From the human T2T-CHM13v2.0 reference genome, Homo sapiens: 64,000 bases of DNA. The DNA is taken from assembly GCF_009914755.1 (NCBI RefSeq), contig NC_060947.1; one strand, 5' to 3'. The notes beneath the pieces are model-generated. The model worked only from the letters and a program-made list of their open reading frames with translations, made no database searches and was not told where the DNA came from. How positions within the stretch are numbered: the first letter of the stretch is position 1; each line of letters starts with the position of its first letter. Positions 29,285-44,105 of the stretch are shown piece by piece. Made by a program: the position numbers and the translations under genes.

Positions 29285-31283
29285 CTGGAGTAGACATAAG
29301 AATATATACAGAAAACGGAAGAGACTGTGAGTCTCAAAATATATTCCTTATCTATATTATCTACCATTACTGAACCCATTTATTCAAAGACACTTCTCCA
29401 ACAATTCATTGCCCTTTACCATTTAGTCCATGAACACTTACTAAATACCTGTTTACACAGAAGGCACTATGCTAGGTACTGAGGGAAGTCAAAGGTGTTT
29501 AAGACATAGTCCCTATCCTCAAGAAGCCCACAATCTATTTAGGGAGAAGAAGTGTGTGTTTATGTGTTGTGTGCATGTGCCTTGGCAGCGGGGGGAGGAG
29601 AGAATAATAACACATAGAAGCATATGCCAAATTAGTAGAAATTCACAGAAGAGAAAATTGGGAGATAAAGGTGGTAAAGGAAGACTTCAGAAAGGTACTT
29701 TTAAGCTGACATTCAAAGGTGTGTGATGAAGAAAAGGAGAACAGGGAAAGAGAGTACAAAGGGATAGTAATATATACTGAAGGATAATAAGAAGTAGTAA
29801 TTTATCAAACAGTTAAGTGACACAGTGCAAGTGATGGTTTAGACAGATGAATGTGGTTATAATATGCCATAGAGATTCAAAGGGAAGAAACAAGAAGAAC
29901 TAGTTATGAAACTACTGAAGTAAAAGGTGATGAAGGTCTAGACTGAAATGGTAATAGTGAAAATGGAAAGAAAGGGTTAGATGAGAGAGGCCTTTTGGAG
30001 GCAGAGGCAAGGAAGTCAAAGATAATCCCAAAATTTCAGTCTGTGTAACTGAGAGAACAATGGTACCAATGAAGGAAAGACAAAGCTCCAGACGGAATAA
30101 ATGATTTGGGAAAGGGAAAGTCAGTATTGTTTTAGCCACATTGAGTCTAGTAGCTTTTACAATAGAAACTCCAGCATGAAGTATCAGGAATACTTCAAAT
30201 ACATGACTAGGAACATTTTGTTTAGGGATAAATTCATATGTACTAGAAACTATTTGCTTTTTTAAAAGCAAGGGAATTAATAACACAAAATTCCGGATAG
30301 TGGTCACCTCAGGGGGGAACGAAGGGAGGGAAGAGACACAGTAGACTTCTAAGGGACTGGCAATGTCCTATTTCTTAAGCTTGTAGTGGATGCGAACCTT
30401 TATTATTCTTTAAGCTGTATATATACATTATACATTATTTCGCATGGAGGAGATATCATAAAAAAATATTAAAGGTTAGTTTCAGGCAGGCAAAGTCATA
30501 AACGGTTTTTTAAAAGATGCAAGGAACTGACAGTGCAGGAAAGCATATCAGTAAGAATTTTAAATGCACTGCACTATTCCAGAGTGATGATTCTACTTGC
30601 AGAGTGAATCTAAAATTAATTTAAGCCCGTCAATAGTTAGGAGGCTCAGGCCATTTAGGCTCAAGCGGCCATTTACCTCAGGACAAGTAAGGGGAACTGA
30701 GCCCAGCAATGCCTTCCACCTCCCCTCCCCCCACCCCATAAATCGAACCGCTTTGGTGCTGTCCTTCCACATTTAGAAACAAAGTACCGCTCCCTTACTT
30801 TAAGATTCGAAAGCGCTACATGGTTTCGGGGCCCAAGCAAGTAGTCTTTAACACACAGACGTTGCAAATAAATGCGCCCGCCCCGAGCCTTTCTCAGGTG
30901 GAGGTGGAGGTAGGGGAGAACGGCGAGGGGCTGGCCCGAGGTACCTACATCTCCGGCGCCGGGAATTTGTCAGCCTCAAACCCTTTTGCCCAGCTGGGTC
31001 CGGGTGAAACGACGAAGCCGCAGCACCCGGCCAGCTCCCGGGGCCCGTGCCGGGAGGGCATTCCCACAGCAGCCGGCCCCGGTGGCAGCCCTTCCTGAAC
31101 TTCGCTCTGCAGGCCTGTTCAGCCCGTCTCCCCTCCTCCCGTCTCCTTTGTCGTGTTCCCGCTCCCACGAAACCGCATCCTGAGAACGTGCAATACCCAA
31201 ACCAGAAAGCAATGGAAGCCATTTTCAAAAGAAAAGGTAGAACAAAGCTCCCCTTGCCGCCTGCTCTTCAGACAAGTCCTTAC

Positions 31284-31291
31284 CTCTTCAT
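31284..31291 (-). CDS. RBM41: RBM41 exon 1 coding part (ATG AAG AG; MKR)
   Basis: GGAAACATGAAGAG|gtaagg. Splices in frame to exon 2 to give MKRVNSC. The 5'UTR extends to roughly 31320-31380. Confidence 0.9.
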
Positions 31292-31395
31292 GTTTCCACA
31301 GGCCCCTACCTCCAACTTGGGTAAATAGGCCGCGGACCTCAAGTCCCAGAACTCCGCGCGGCGGACTCTAAGGGTATTGTGATGGAGCATGGGGC

Positions 31396-31410
31396 TCTGG
31401 GAATTGTAGT
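31396..31410 (-). promoter_or_regulatory. ZNF143/THAP11 (SBS2/M4) motif ACTACAATTCCCAGA
   Basis: Exact match to the common promoter motif on the minus strand; weaker opposite-strand copy ACCTCAAGTCCCAGAA at 31336-31351. Confidence 0.8.
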
Positions 31411-33277
31411 AGCACAGAGCTATGGCAACAGAAAGAGAAAGTAGATCTCAAGTGACAGGTATGCTGAACATTGTCCATGCTGAACATTGTCCAAATATTT
31501 ATTTTGAATTTCTCATTTAGGTTCAAAAGAAGACCCAAAATATCCAGCTCATAAAACGAGTCACCTTTGACTTCTTGATTCTCTCATCCATTACCACTAA
31601 TTCCTGGCTCTTCTGTAATTTCCTTTGAACTTATCAACACTGCTTTTCTTTCAAGGATTTATCCAGCCTACCTACCGTTTCCAGTCGAGCCTCTGCTTCA
31701 TCCTTCACGATGTAGCCAGAGTCATCAGACACGAGTCTGACTATATCACCTGTACTAATGGTTCTCCTCTATCTGTAACAGAGACTTGAGAGTTTTCTCC
31801 ACTCAGAATCAGAAGTCTGTGTATGTTCAGGCCCACATATGTTTTATTGATAATTATGGTGAATCAAGAAAGAGGTATAGTATAGTGGTTAAAAGCATAG
31901 GCTCTTAGTTTCCAGAAATGGAAATGCAAATGTCTTTAAGTGTATGAAAAGATGTCCAATCTCACAAATTTTAAAGTGCACTGACTACCAGTACTCCTTA
32001 AAACTAGCAAGGTCATCAAAAACACAAGAATCTGTCACAGCCAAAAGGAACCAAAGGAGTCATGATGACTAAAGTAATGCAGTATCTTGGATGGGATCCT
32101 GGAAAAGAAAAAAAGACATGAGGTAAAAACTAAGGAAATGTGAACAAACTATGCTCTTTAGCTAATAACAAGGTTCGTTAGCTGTGACAAATGTATCAGA
32201 GTTATGCAAGGGAAACTGAGTTGTACGTATGTGGAACTTTGTACTATGCAACCTTTCTGTATCTAAAACTGTTCTAGAACTTAAAGTTTATTTTTAAAAG
32301 TACATTAAACTACCATTTTTCACCTAACAGATTGGGAAAGATCCAAAAGTTTGATAACACACTTGTTTTATTGAGATTGTGGGGAAACGGGCGCTCTCAA
32401 TACACTAGTGGTAGGAATATAAATTGGTACAACATCTATTGGGGGCAAATGAGGATACTACTAAAATCATAAATGTACATTCCCTTTAAAGCAGCAATTC
32501 AGTTATGAATAGAATCCTCAATACTATATATCCTCTAACCTACTATCATTCCTTGCAACATTGTTTATGAAAACAGAAATGAAAATATCCAAGAACATAC
32601 TATGAAAATGTATCATTCAATGAAAAACTATGCAGCAGTTACCAAGATGACAAAGTTCTCTATGAACTGCTACTAAACAATCTCCAAAATATAGTTAGTG
32701 CAATAGCAAGGTGCAGAACGATATGTATACTATGCTTCTATTTGCATAAAAAGGGGAGCTCTAGTCACTTAAAAACATATATATGTGTGTTTGCTTGTAT
32801 ATGCACAAAATATGTTTGGGAGAACTTACAGACAAATGATGAGTGAATGCCTCCAGGTAGGGGAACTGGATGGCTGAGGGACAAGGGCAGAAAAAATTCT
32901 TCACGTATCTTTTTGTGCCCTTTGAATTTTGAACCCATGACTACATTACCTAGTCAATACTTTTTTAATTAAAGAGAAACCCTCTTACATCTCAAGAAGC
33001 CAAAGAAGAAAAGATTGTAGGTAATGGTGGGGGGCGGGGCACACTACTTGGATTTGAATCTCACTTCTCAGTTGACAGTATAGCACGACAGGGTTTTAGA
33101 GGCAATCTGGACTTGAATTTTTGCTCTGGTAAGTTACTAGACCATGTGGGTTTCAGTAAGTTTCTTAACTGGTCTAGGCCAGTTTTCTCATCTGTAAAAT
33201 GAGGATACCTCCTAAGTATAGGGTGACTGTCAAGCACATACAAAGGTATGGTTTTAAAGTTATTCCATGATTGAGTG

Positions 33278-34300
33278 GTAATCTATGAGTAAATAGTCAA
33301 ATGTTAATCAGTAGATTTAGACTTATCCAAACTGCTTTGTATTTCCATGCTCAAGTTAGAGCAAAGGACCAAAAAGCAGCTACTGAAAAACATTGTAGAA
33401 TTTCCTGTCCTGAGAACTTCTATCAGATTGAAAATGTCATGGTGAGCTACCTAAGACCTGTCACATGCAAATAACTGTGCTCTTGAATCATAAAGGTGAA
33501 TGACTGCAGGCATAGCATGTACCACTTTGTAGCTTTGGCACAGAACGTGAACTGAATATAAGTATAAACAAAACGGGGGGTCACATCATTGCCTGCACCA
33601 GGTAAATCCTATATGGTGGTAGAGCTGAATTTTGTGGCTCAACCAATCTGTCCCAATTGACATATTGACAAGGAAATGGAAAAATACACCAAGGTTGCTA
33701 GTGTGCTTATCCCCTGGGACGGTGGCAAAGGATGGAACAAATATTACACCAACCATCACACCAAACTTGTGTACAACTTCTAATAAAACATATAGCCTAT
33801 TGATACTGAAATGATACACACTACATTGCAAATCCACTAGGTGGGATGAGTGGAGAACGAATAGCTAAGATACATATTCACATAGCTGTGGAATTGCAAC
33901 TGGAAAGCAAGGTCATAAGAAGTACTCTACATACCTGTGTATAACTGTAACCAGCGCAAGTGATAGGTACAAACAGACAAACATTCAGAAAATTACACTA
34001 AAAAGAAAACCAGGCCATTTCTAATTCTGCCAAACTTGTTAACTGTGTAATAATAGTTATTCTGTTTCCCACAACATTCTTCTCCCCAGCTTAAAAGGAC
34101 ATCAGACAGTGTATACAAAGCCTTGGAGATCTCTAGATGTTATACATGGGCACAGAGATCTTACCTAATTTCACAATTTTACCCCTAGAAGAATTTATGA
34201 CAAACCGAAAAATATGCCTCATTTGTCTTTCTGTCAATTTAACAAGGTTAGTTTAATTAATCCAGAAGCTCCTTCTTAACAGAGACACATTTTCTGAGTT
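33278..34300 (+). pseudogene. Decayed AKAP1-like KH-Tudor coding remnant, copy A
   Basis: Colinear motifs across frameshifts: VIYE*IV, HCRI, APG..WW.RAE, TNLSQLTY/ID, KVASVLIPWDGG, SGERIAKIHIHIAVE. Similar to copy B. The 3' boundary is uncertain. Confidence 0.6.
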
Positions 34301-34715
34301 TGTCCTTTTTAGGTGCTTTGTTTGTGGCACGCTTCTGAAGACTACATTATGAAGCAGTTATGATTCCAAGATATGGAAGAAGATGTTAAAACCAAAAATC
34401 TTCTCTTGAATCTACTCACCATCTTATATTAAGAGTAAACAACTGTGCAAGTCTTTCAAATTTCCCAAATGAAATAGCATAAATGCTGTTATAGAGAACA
34501 AATATAGCATCTTTTCAAAGGATTAAAAAATGGGTATGTACTGGGATAGTGTCAACACTTTAAATTTAAGAATTCTTCAGCTAATATGTCAGCTGGTTAA
34601 CAATGGTTACGAGGGGCTGAAGACTCCAGTGCCTAACATAAATGATGCTTTAACATTACTGGTAAAAATAGCTTATTTCTGTATTTCTGACCTTTTAATT
34701 AAGATTTGTCAACGT

Positions 34716-35017
34716 GACTGGGCACGGTGGATCACGCCTGTGATCCTGGCACTTTGGGAGGCCAAGGCGGGTGGGTCCTTTGAGCCCAGGAGTTCAAGAC
34801 CAGCCTGGGTAACATGGCAAAACCCCATCTCTACAAAAAACTCAAAAATTAGCTAGGTGTGGTGGTGTGCACCTGTAGTCCCAACTACTTGGGAGGCTGA
34901 GGTAGGAGAATCACTTCAGCCCAGCAGGCAGGGGTTGCAGTGAGCCAAGATCACGGCACTGCACTCTAGCTTAGGTGACAGAGCAAGACCCTGTCTCAAA
35001 AAACAAACAAAAAAAAA
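34716..35017 (+). mobile_element. Alu (AluJ/S)
   Basis: Full dimer with A tail. Confidence 0.85.
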
Positions 35018-35949
35018 TTGTTCAACAATGTCATTTCTTTACATGTTAGAAATGGTCAGGAAGAATCTTAGAGATGATTTATGATTTAGTCCAATGTACA
35101 ATTCCAGACAGTATACTGAGATCACCCTGTAAGTCTTAATAACATTACTAGATCAATCTAGAAGCCAGTTGCTATCCTCTGGCATCTTCTATGTACTAGG
35201 AAAAACACTAGAACTCCCACTGAAGATAATGTAACAGTAAGATAGTATAAGCAGTATTGTAGTCTCCTTTTTCTTTATTTTACTTAGGAAATATAGAGTA
35301 AGCACTCTACTCACAGTGAAAAGACATAAAGGAATCTCAAAACTTCAGAGAAATGAAAACCAGTTCCTTCTCACAAAACAGTTTGGGAAACCCTAATATG
35401 ATCCAACTCTTTCATTTATGGACAAAGATAATGCCCAAGATGAAATTATTTGTCCAGTTAATTAGGCAGGAACAAGACTAGAGTCAGTGTTTCTTCTGAT
35501 AAACTATATTTTCATTACTGAATGTAGAACTTGTACACAGGCTACTTTACAAGAGTTGAATCTCCAAAAGCAATGGGAAAAAATGTCTTTAGTATTACTC
35601 TTATCTACAGTATAAGAGTAATAATACTGAACTGAAAAATTAGAGATTACTAAAGATTATACTTAAAAGTTGTGTATCTACAGAAATAATTCACAAGATT
35701 ATATGAGTTCTGGATTATTTTCACATTCTATAATTCTGCGTGGTTACAAAAACTTACTGGATAAGAAGCTGCTGCTTGGAAAAGTTTGAGTAGAAAAAAA
35801 AGAGTCCATGTCAATTTTGGCATTTAGTCTGCTCATAAGACTAATCGTTGCTAATATTCATTTCAAAAATATTTCTTCGTGTAATGTGTACCCGCCACGA
35901 TGGTCGTGTGCAATCAGTACAACAGAAAATTTAGCTCAATAAATTATAG

Positions 35950-36097
35950 GTTACTGAGCTCTAGTCACTTAAAAACTTTTAATAGTTAATTTCAGTATTA
36001 CATGTTTTTTTTTAGGACATTACCTTTATTTATGACTTAGGTGAAACATGAAACACAGGAGACCAGACTGTTCCAAACCTAAGAACAAGGCTTATTT

Positions 36098-36129
<32 letters not shown>

Positions 36130-36773
36130 GAAAAACAAACAAATATACGGAAATCACCAACTATAAATCATATGCTAAAACCAAATAAAATGCCAGTATA
36201 TCCATACATTAAAAATAACCAAATTCCTTGAAACTTACCTTTCCTTAACCCTTTAATAATAATCTACCCTAACTTTTCCTCCCTGCTCTGAATCTCTATA
36301 ACACACTTTCTATAATTCATACTGCACTTCTTTATATTATCTATATTGTTTTTATGCAGACAAGCATTAATTATATCTCAAACTAGACAGTAGGTTCCTT
36401 TGAGAAGAAGAGACTTTACAGTATCTAGCACTATATAGGTTGGCATGTACTTTTGGCAGACATCACCCTATGATTCAACTGGAGTGAGAAGGATGATGTG
36501 TACTGATGCCAGGGAGAGTAAGACATAAATTACACATATAGAGTCAGCATCTAAGAGGTTGCTGTCTGGACAAAGGGGCTAGTATAATTTTGATTTTCTA
36601 ATACTAAAAACAAAACTAAGGTATAATTCTCAACAGTACAATACTTAAATGAAAAAAAGGATGCACAATTCATTATGATCAAGATGAAATATTAAGTATA
36701 AATACTACTCTATTTAACATCAGAATTTGTAGGTAATAATCCAGAAACGACATGCTGAAGATATGGTCATTCA
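35950..36773 (-). other. NUP62CL: NUP62CL 3'UTR with polyA signals
   Basis: Follows the last-exon stop; AATAAA at 36025-36030 and ATTAAA at 35978-35983 (minus strand). Exact 3' end uncertain. Confidence 0.6.
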
Positions 36774-36865
36774 CTAAAAAGCAGTGTTGACATTGTGTGC
36801 ATGCTCCTCGTGACGATAATCCTCGAAAACCCGTGTTACCACTTCTACCTTCCTTCGCAGCATGC
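36774..36865 (-). CDS. NUP62CL: NUP62CL terminal exon, ancestral frame (GMLRRKVEVVTRVFEDYRHEEHAHNVNTAF*); 3'UTR in the exon-skipping isoform
   Basis: Acceptor tttttctcctatag|GC. Resembles the recalled NUP62 end ALLQRKVEEVTKVCE...ITFD*, with the stop at the equivalent position. Confidence 0.75.
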
Positions 36866-37547
36866 CTATAGGAGAAAAAGTCACACAATCATTAATCTAA
36901 GGCCAAAATATCCCATGAACATAATTTACGTATTCCTTTCAACACATGATTAACAAAATTTTACATAGCAATTTCAATAGCTTTACGTTTTAGAAAACAC
37001 ATAAGAAAAAAACACTCATCTATCTGTTTGGAAACTGTGCAAACAATGGACAAGACTTTTTTTTTTTTCTGCTCTCCCTAGCTTTCAGGCAAATAACTGT
37101 CTAGTTGACATTTATGTTTTGTTAGGATGAGGTGTTAACTGCTTTTTGACTCATTATACCCTAAAAGTGACATACAGGGTAGTCATTAAATTGGGAGTAT
37201 AGGTTTTGGTGGGTCTTAGCTACCTATAAGCAAATGAGCGCACTGAGTATATTTACATTTCTGTTCTTTTCCAATAATGATTTATTTAACTTGGTGGTTC
37301 TTAAATTTTCTCAGGGGCAGAGTACCACAGAATACCATTAATTTTATCATATGAAACAGTAACTTTCTGCTAGTAAAACTAAGCTGTTGAAGTAAGCATG
37401 ATACTCTGAGTTTTTCTATTAACATGCACAAATAAACTTTGTCATTTCTTTTAGTGTTCATTAATGGTTACTCATGAATAAGCCATAACTGGTGCCCAAG
37501 AAGAAAAACAATTTACAAGAGAAACACTAAAAAATTTAAACGATATA

Positions 37548-37977
37548 CAGTTGACTCTTGGAAAACATAGGTTTAAACTGCGCAAGTTCACTATACGTGA
37601 ATTTTCTTCCACTTCTGCCACACTTGAGACAAGACCACCCTCTCCTCTTCCTCCTCACCCTGTTCAACATGAAGATGAAGAGAATGAAGAACTTTATGAT
37701 GATCCAATTCCACTTAATAACTGGTAAATGTTTCTTTTCTTCCTTATGATTTTCTTAACAACATTTTCTTTTTCTCTAGCTTACTTTATCATAAGAATAC
37801 AGTATATAATAATACATATAACATGCAAAATACGTGTTAATTGACTATGTTAGTGGTAAGGCTTCCATCAACAGTAGGCTATTAGTAGTTAAGTTTTGGG
37901 GAGTCAAAAGTTATATTTGGTTTTTTACTGTGTAGGGATTAGCACCCCTAAACCCTTCATTGTTGAAGGGCCAGCTG
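37548..37977. mobile_element. Tigger2a-like TcMar DNA transposon
   Basis: TIRs CAGTTGACTCTT... / ...AAGGGCCAGCTG flanked by TA. Confidence 0.8.
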
Positions 37978-38609
37978 TAATATACTTTAATTTTCTTCAC
38001 CCAATCAGAAAAACCCTAATGTTACCCAGTTTTTAAAGTGTAATACCTCATTTTATCTTATAAAGACATTCTGCAAGATCATGCTTTAAGGACAGTGATT
38101 TCAATGCTGGCTGTCTATAAAAGGCCAGAAAAACATTATGTTCAACCTGGCAAACTATATCTCCTTTTTGTTGTAATAACTAACTGCGGGGTGCAATTTT
38201 TTCACCTAAATAACAGTTTTTAATATGATGGAAGCACAGATGAGCACTACAACAAACCATTAACTTGAGATCAGAAGTGTCAACATAGGCACATTCTAGT
38301 AATTTGCTGATTGATACATATTAAATGCAAAGGGGTACATTTATAATGATTTTAAAAATCAATAAACTGTCAAGAAATACAAGTCAGCATTCTTAAGAAA
38401 GCCTTACTATTAGCATTTTGTCATGTCTTCTAATTGAATTCCCAGGACTATTTCTGTATTAACATACTTTAAATTTTTTAGGACTTTCATTCTTTAAGGG
38501 CAAAAACTGCACCTAGGTACTTAATGCCCAGAATTTTGGTCCCATGACAAGCATCAGTGATTGACTGGTTCCTGCCAGCATATTAAATATGGCATACACA
38601 TATTGACAT

Positions 38610-39930
<1,321 letters not shown>

Positions 39931-42900
39931 CTAACTAAATGGCTGTTGGTTAAGGTGGTATATTTGTGTATTTTAAAATATTTTAAAACAATTATTTATT
40001 ATTCTCAAAAGATTTTGGTGAAGCTGCTTCCAGTCAGTGTCATTCTGTTTTGGAGACAGATGTTTTCTTCAACTTAGCCTTTTGCAAATACTTTAGGTAA
40101 ATATTCAAAAAAGATTAGGAAAAGAGATTTAGTCATTAAACCCAAACACAGACTTCTAGAAACTGTAATTAATGCTTTAAGAAAATTTTAAGTTATACAT
40201 ATAAAAATTATTAGATGAGATTAAATTCACTGTCAAAGAACACAATGTACTTTCATAAACAATGCTATATAGTATATCTCTCATTTCTCCCAGAAAAAAA
40301 TTGAGGCAGTGAGATAAAAAAAAAATCCTGAGAGTAAAACAGTTAAAAACACAAATAGGCAACTTATAAAATGACACACAAATTATTTATAAACATTTTC
40401 AAAATACTCAACCTCATTAGTAACCAGAGGAATGCAAATTAAACCAGGAAAATATTATTTTAACTTGCAAATTTTGGCAAAGAATGATCATGGTGGTGGT
40501 GGTGGTAGTAATTACAGGAGTGGTACTGGAAAGAATGCAGAAAAATGGGTCCCCCCAATGAATTTCTGGTGAAAATATAAATTAGTACAACCTACCTGGA
40601 AGGATATATACCAAAAGCTTTTAAAACAGACATTACTACTGATTTAGCATTTTAACTTCTAAGAATTTTATTTATGTCCAGTAATCATGGATGTACACCT
40701 TAAAATTTACCTACAGCTAGGTTTTTACTGCAGCATGATTTAAAACAGCAAAAAGTTTGAAACATTAACTAATACCTAACAATGGGCTATTAACTAAACA
40801 AACTATGGTATATCCATATAATGCAATATTTAGCAGCCATTAAATGTAGAATGTTTAATAACATGGAAAGATGGTCATGTGCACATGTCTGTTAGCTTTG
40901 TATCTCTTTCTCCACCAAAAGCTAAATACAGTATCCTGTGTAAATATCAGGCAACAAATAAATTGAAACCATATATTGGACCCCAAGCTCATGCCAGGCA
41001 TTGCTAAATTCTGAAGATACAAAAATAATTAAGATATTATCTCTATCAAGAAGCTCAAATTCCAGTAAACAGACATGTAGACAAATAACTGCAATATTAT
41101 ATGATAAATGCTAATACTACATTATGTAGAACACAGCCTGGATACAAAGAAGGGGATAAACAACTATTAGAATGATGAGCCAAGGCAGTCAAGGAAGGCT
41201 TCACAAACCATCTTGACATGGGAGCAGCTACCATGCAGACGATGATGGGGTAGAGTACTCCAGGCAAAAGAAACTGAACGTCCGAAAATATAGATGAGGA
41301 AAGAATATCAGGCGTTTAGAAAACCATAAATACTTCTTCAAGATGAGGCTAGAGAACCAGATAGGGGTTAGATTATGCAGGGTACTTTGTATATTATGCA
41401 AAGAATCAAATTTATCATTGGACAATGGGAACTAGTGAAGGGTTTTAATAAAGAGATGACTAGAATAGAGTGTGACTTTATCAAGATCATCTTGACAGTA
41501 TTGTGAAAGTGAATTAGAATGGGGTAAGACTAGGCGGAGGAGACCACTAAGGTTACCAGTTAGAGATTAAGCACATGCATTTACCACTGCTCTATTTCAA
41601 AACATTTGTCAAATAGCAGTAAAGATATTTTTAACAGAAGAAGAAAAAGACAAAAGCATAAAATCGTAAGGACAAAAACAAGAAAGGAGACAACAAAAAA
41701 ACTATGAAAATTGCAGCTGGATTTGTATGAGAGAACCCTAGAAAGAATATGGAATTAGTAGAGCTAGGTAATTCAAAGTGATATTGAAAGTGGAGCTAAA
41801 AACAGAATTGTCAAAGCATAAGAAACAGACCCCTCCTCTCATCCACATCCTACATCTGGGCAATTCTCCCTACCCAACTCCTGGAGATAATTTTCCTTTG
41901 GAGAGGGTGAACCAAATAAGCTGTGGATCAGGGACACCAGGCAGAGCAGAGGGCAAGTATTCTGTACCAAAACGGGAATTAAGTCAAAGTTATACAGGGA
42001 TAAAGTGAAAGCCTACAAGCTGAACACTAAGCCTGCAGTCTCTTCTCTAACAGTTCTCAGAACACTGGCTTAACACCAGGCTTATCTCTAGCCAGGAGCT
42101 GGAAGTTTCTTCTCCAGAGAATTTGACCAGCTAAAGAGATAAATCCTGAAGATAACAGTTAGAGGTCCCCCAGTGAAAATGTCTAGCCAAATTATCCTAT
42201 AGTAAGTTAACAAGCCCCACCTACAAAACTTTTCAGTATATCATTCTTGAATATAAATGGACAACCAAGAATCACCAGATATTTGGGGAAAGCCTCTAAC
42301 ATGAGAAAGACTGAAACAAAACAGAAATATAAAGAAAGCTAAAAGAAATACTCCAGAAAGAATAAAACATACATTTAAAAAATCATTAATATCCTCAAAG
42401 AGATAATACTGAATTCATGAAATAAGAACAGGATGCTATTTACAAAGTACATATATATAATCATAAAACAACACAACATCTCTTGCAAAATTAAACTTAT
42501 AGCAGAAATCAAAGATCAGTAGAAAGACAAATAAAAAGTTGAGTACATACCCCAGAAAATTTAACAAAAATATAACGAGAAAATAGGAGAGAAATTAAAT
42601 TTAGATCAGTCCAGGGCATCAAACATTAGAAAAACAGTATTTCCAGAAAGAATGAGCAAAAACTTAATTCAAGAAAATAGACCCAAACTGAAAGAAATGA
42701 ATTCCTTGAGTCACCAATAATGGGCTCAGTGGGTGAAACAGATCCACACCAAAACGCATCATCTGATATTTCAGTATTTTGAGGAAGATCCTAAAACCTT
42801 CCATTGAAAAACACAATGAAAAGTTCACATGAGGTTCAGGAATCAAAATGGCCCTCAAAGTTAGAAAACAACAGAACAACTTCTTCAAAAGTTCCAGGGA

Positions 42901-44105
42901 AAATTATTTCCAAGCTAAAATTCAATACCCGATATTATCGATTAGATGTGAAGGTAGAATAAACACCTTTTCAGACAGGCAAGGTCTCAAAAAGTTTACT
43001 TCCTATGCACTCTTTCTGGAAACTGCTAGAATATGTGCTATATCAGAAACAAGGGAATAAACCAAGAAACAGAAGTGTAAGTAAGAGCCATGAAACTGGA
43101 GAACCAACAAAGAGTAGAGTCAATATAAGAATGCTATAGAAGACAGACCATAGCCGAGCAGCAGATCAAGAAAGCAACAATTAAGGACTGTAGTATGGAG
43201 ATTAGAGGACTCTGGCAGAGATGAATCAAAGAGGCAACTGATAGATTTACAGTAAAAGCAGGGACTTAGAAAAGTATATAGAAAACTAAGTAAATAAAGA
43301 AATAAGACTCAAAGGAAAATAAAACTTGTAAAAGGAAGAAGACATAATATAGTATACTACATGGCCAGGCTGCAAATAACATTTATGCAATCATAATCCA
43401 AATATTAAATATTGATTTATGTGAAATTTATAATATATACATATTAGGATGAGGAAAATGTGTGTGTGTGTATATATGTATATATGATGTAAAAGAGTTA
43501 AATCCTCCCCTCCACCCATTTTGGAAAGTCAGTAGAGAAGGCCTAATACGGAAAAACTAAAAAGTAACACTACATGATGTTTAAAAATATAAAAATAAAT
43601 AGTTGCAAAATTTAGCTAACATAATTGAAAGTGATTGCCCCTAGGGAGTAAGAAAATAAGGTATGGACAAGGAGCTGATGTTTTTCATAAACCTGAAAAA
43701 AATTATATTTTCAAGGTGGGGGACAAAGAAAGCCTGAAATAGGGATGTGGTAGTGGGAAACTAGTGAAGAGAAAGGATTCAAGAGCTATTTAAGAAGTAT
43801 AATCATCATCACTTACTGAAGAAATAGAAATAGCCTGCTTTAGATTCCTGAGTAAATAGCAGCAGTCTTTTGCTGAGAAAAAGAAAAGGAGTTACAGATC
43901 TGGGAGACCCGGGAGAATATGAAAATAAGGAGTTTAGTTTTAGACAAGTTTAATTTGAGCCTTTGGGATATCTATGTGCAGATGTTTGTTAACATGGAGC
44001 TTTATAATGGATAGTAAAGGAACCATTAGTGAAATTGACAGTTGGCGATAACAACTAGGGTTTTTAAATTGCTGATTATCAGAAATGCCTTAAAAGAGAA
44101 TGTAG

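Larger units (their letters stand above)
30870..31420 (-). promoter_or_regulatory. RBM41: CpG island / RBM41 promoter and start of intron 1
   Basis: Largest CpG-dense non-repeat stretch in the window; surrounds exon 1. Confidence 0.85.

Noticed and set aside
30673-31371. Overlapping ORFs in the CpG island
   Set aside because: Expected from high GC content; no recognisable protein features.
32756-35976. 21-bp direct repeats as the TSD of KH-Tudor copy A
   Set aside because: The repeats are perfect while copy A is extremely decayed, so the ages are incompatible.
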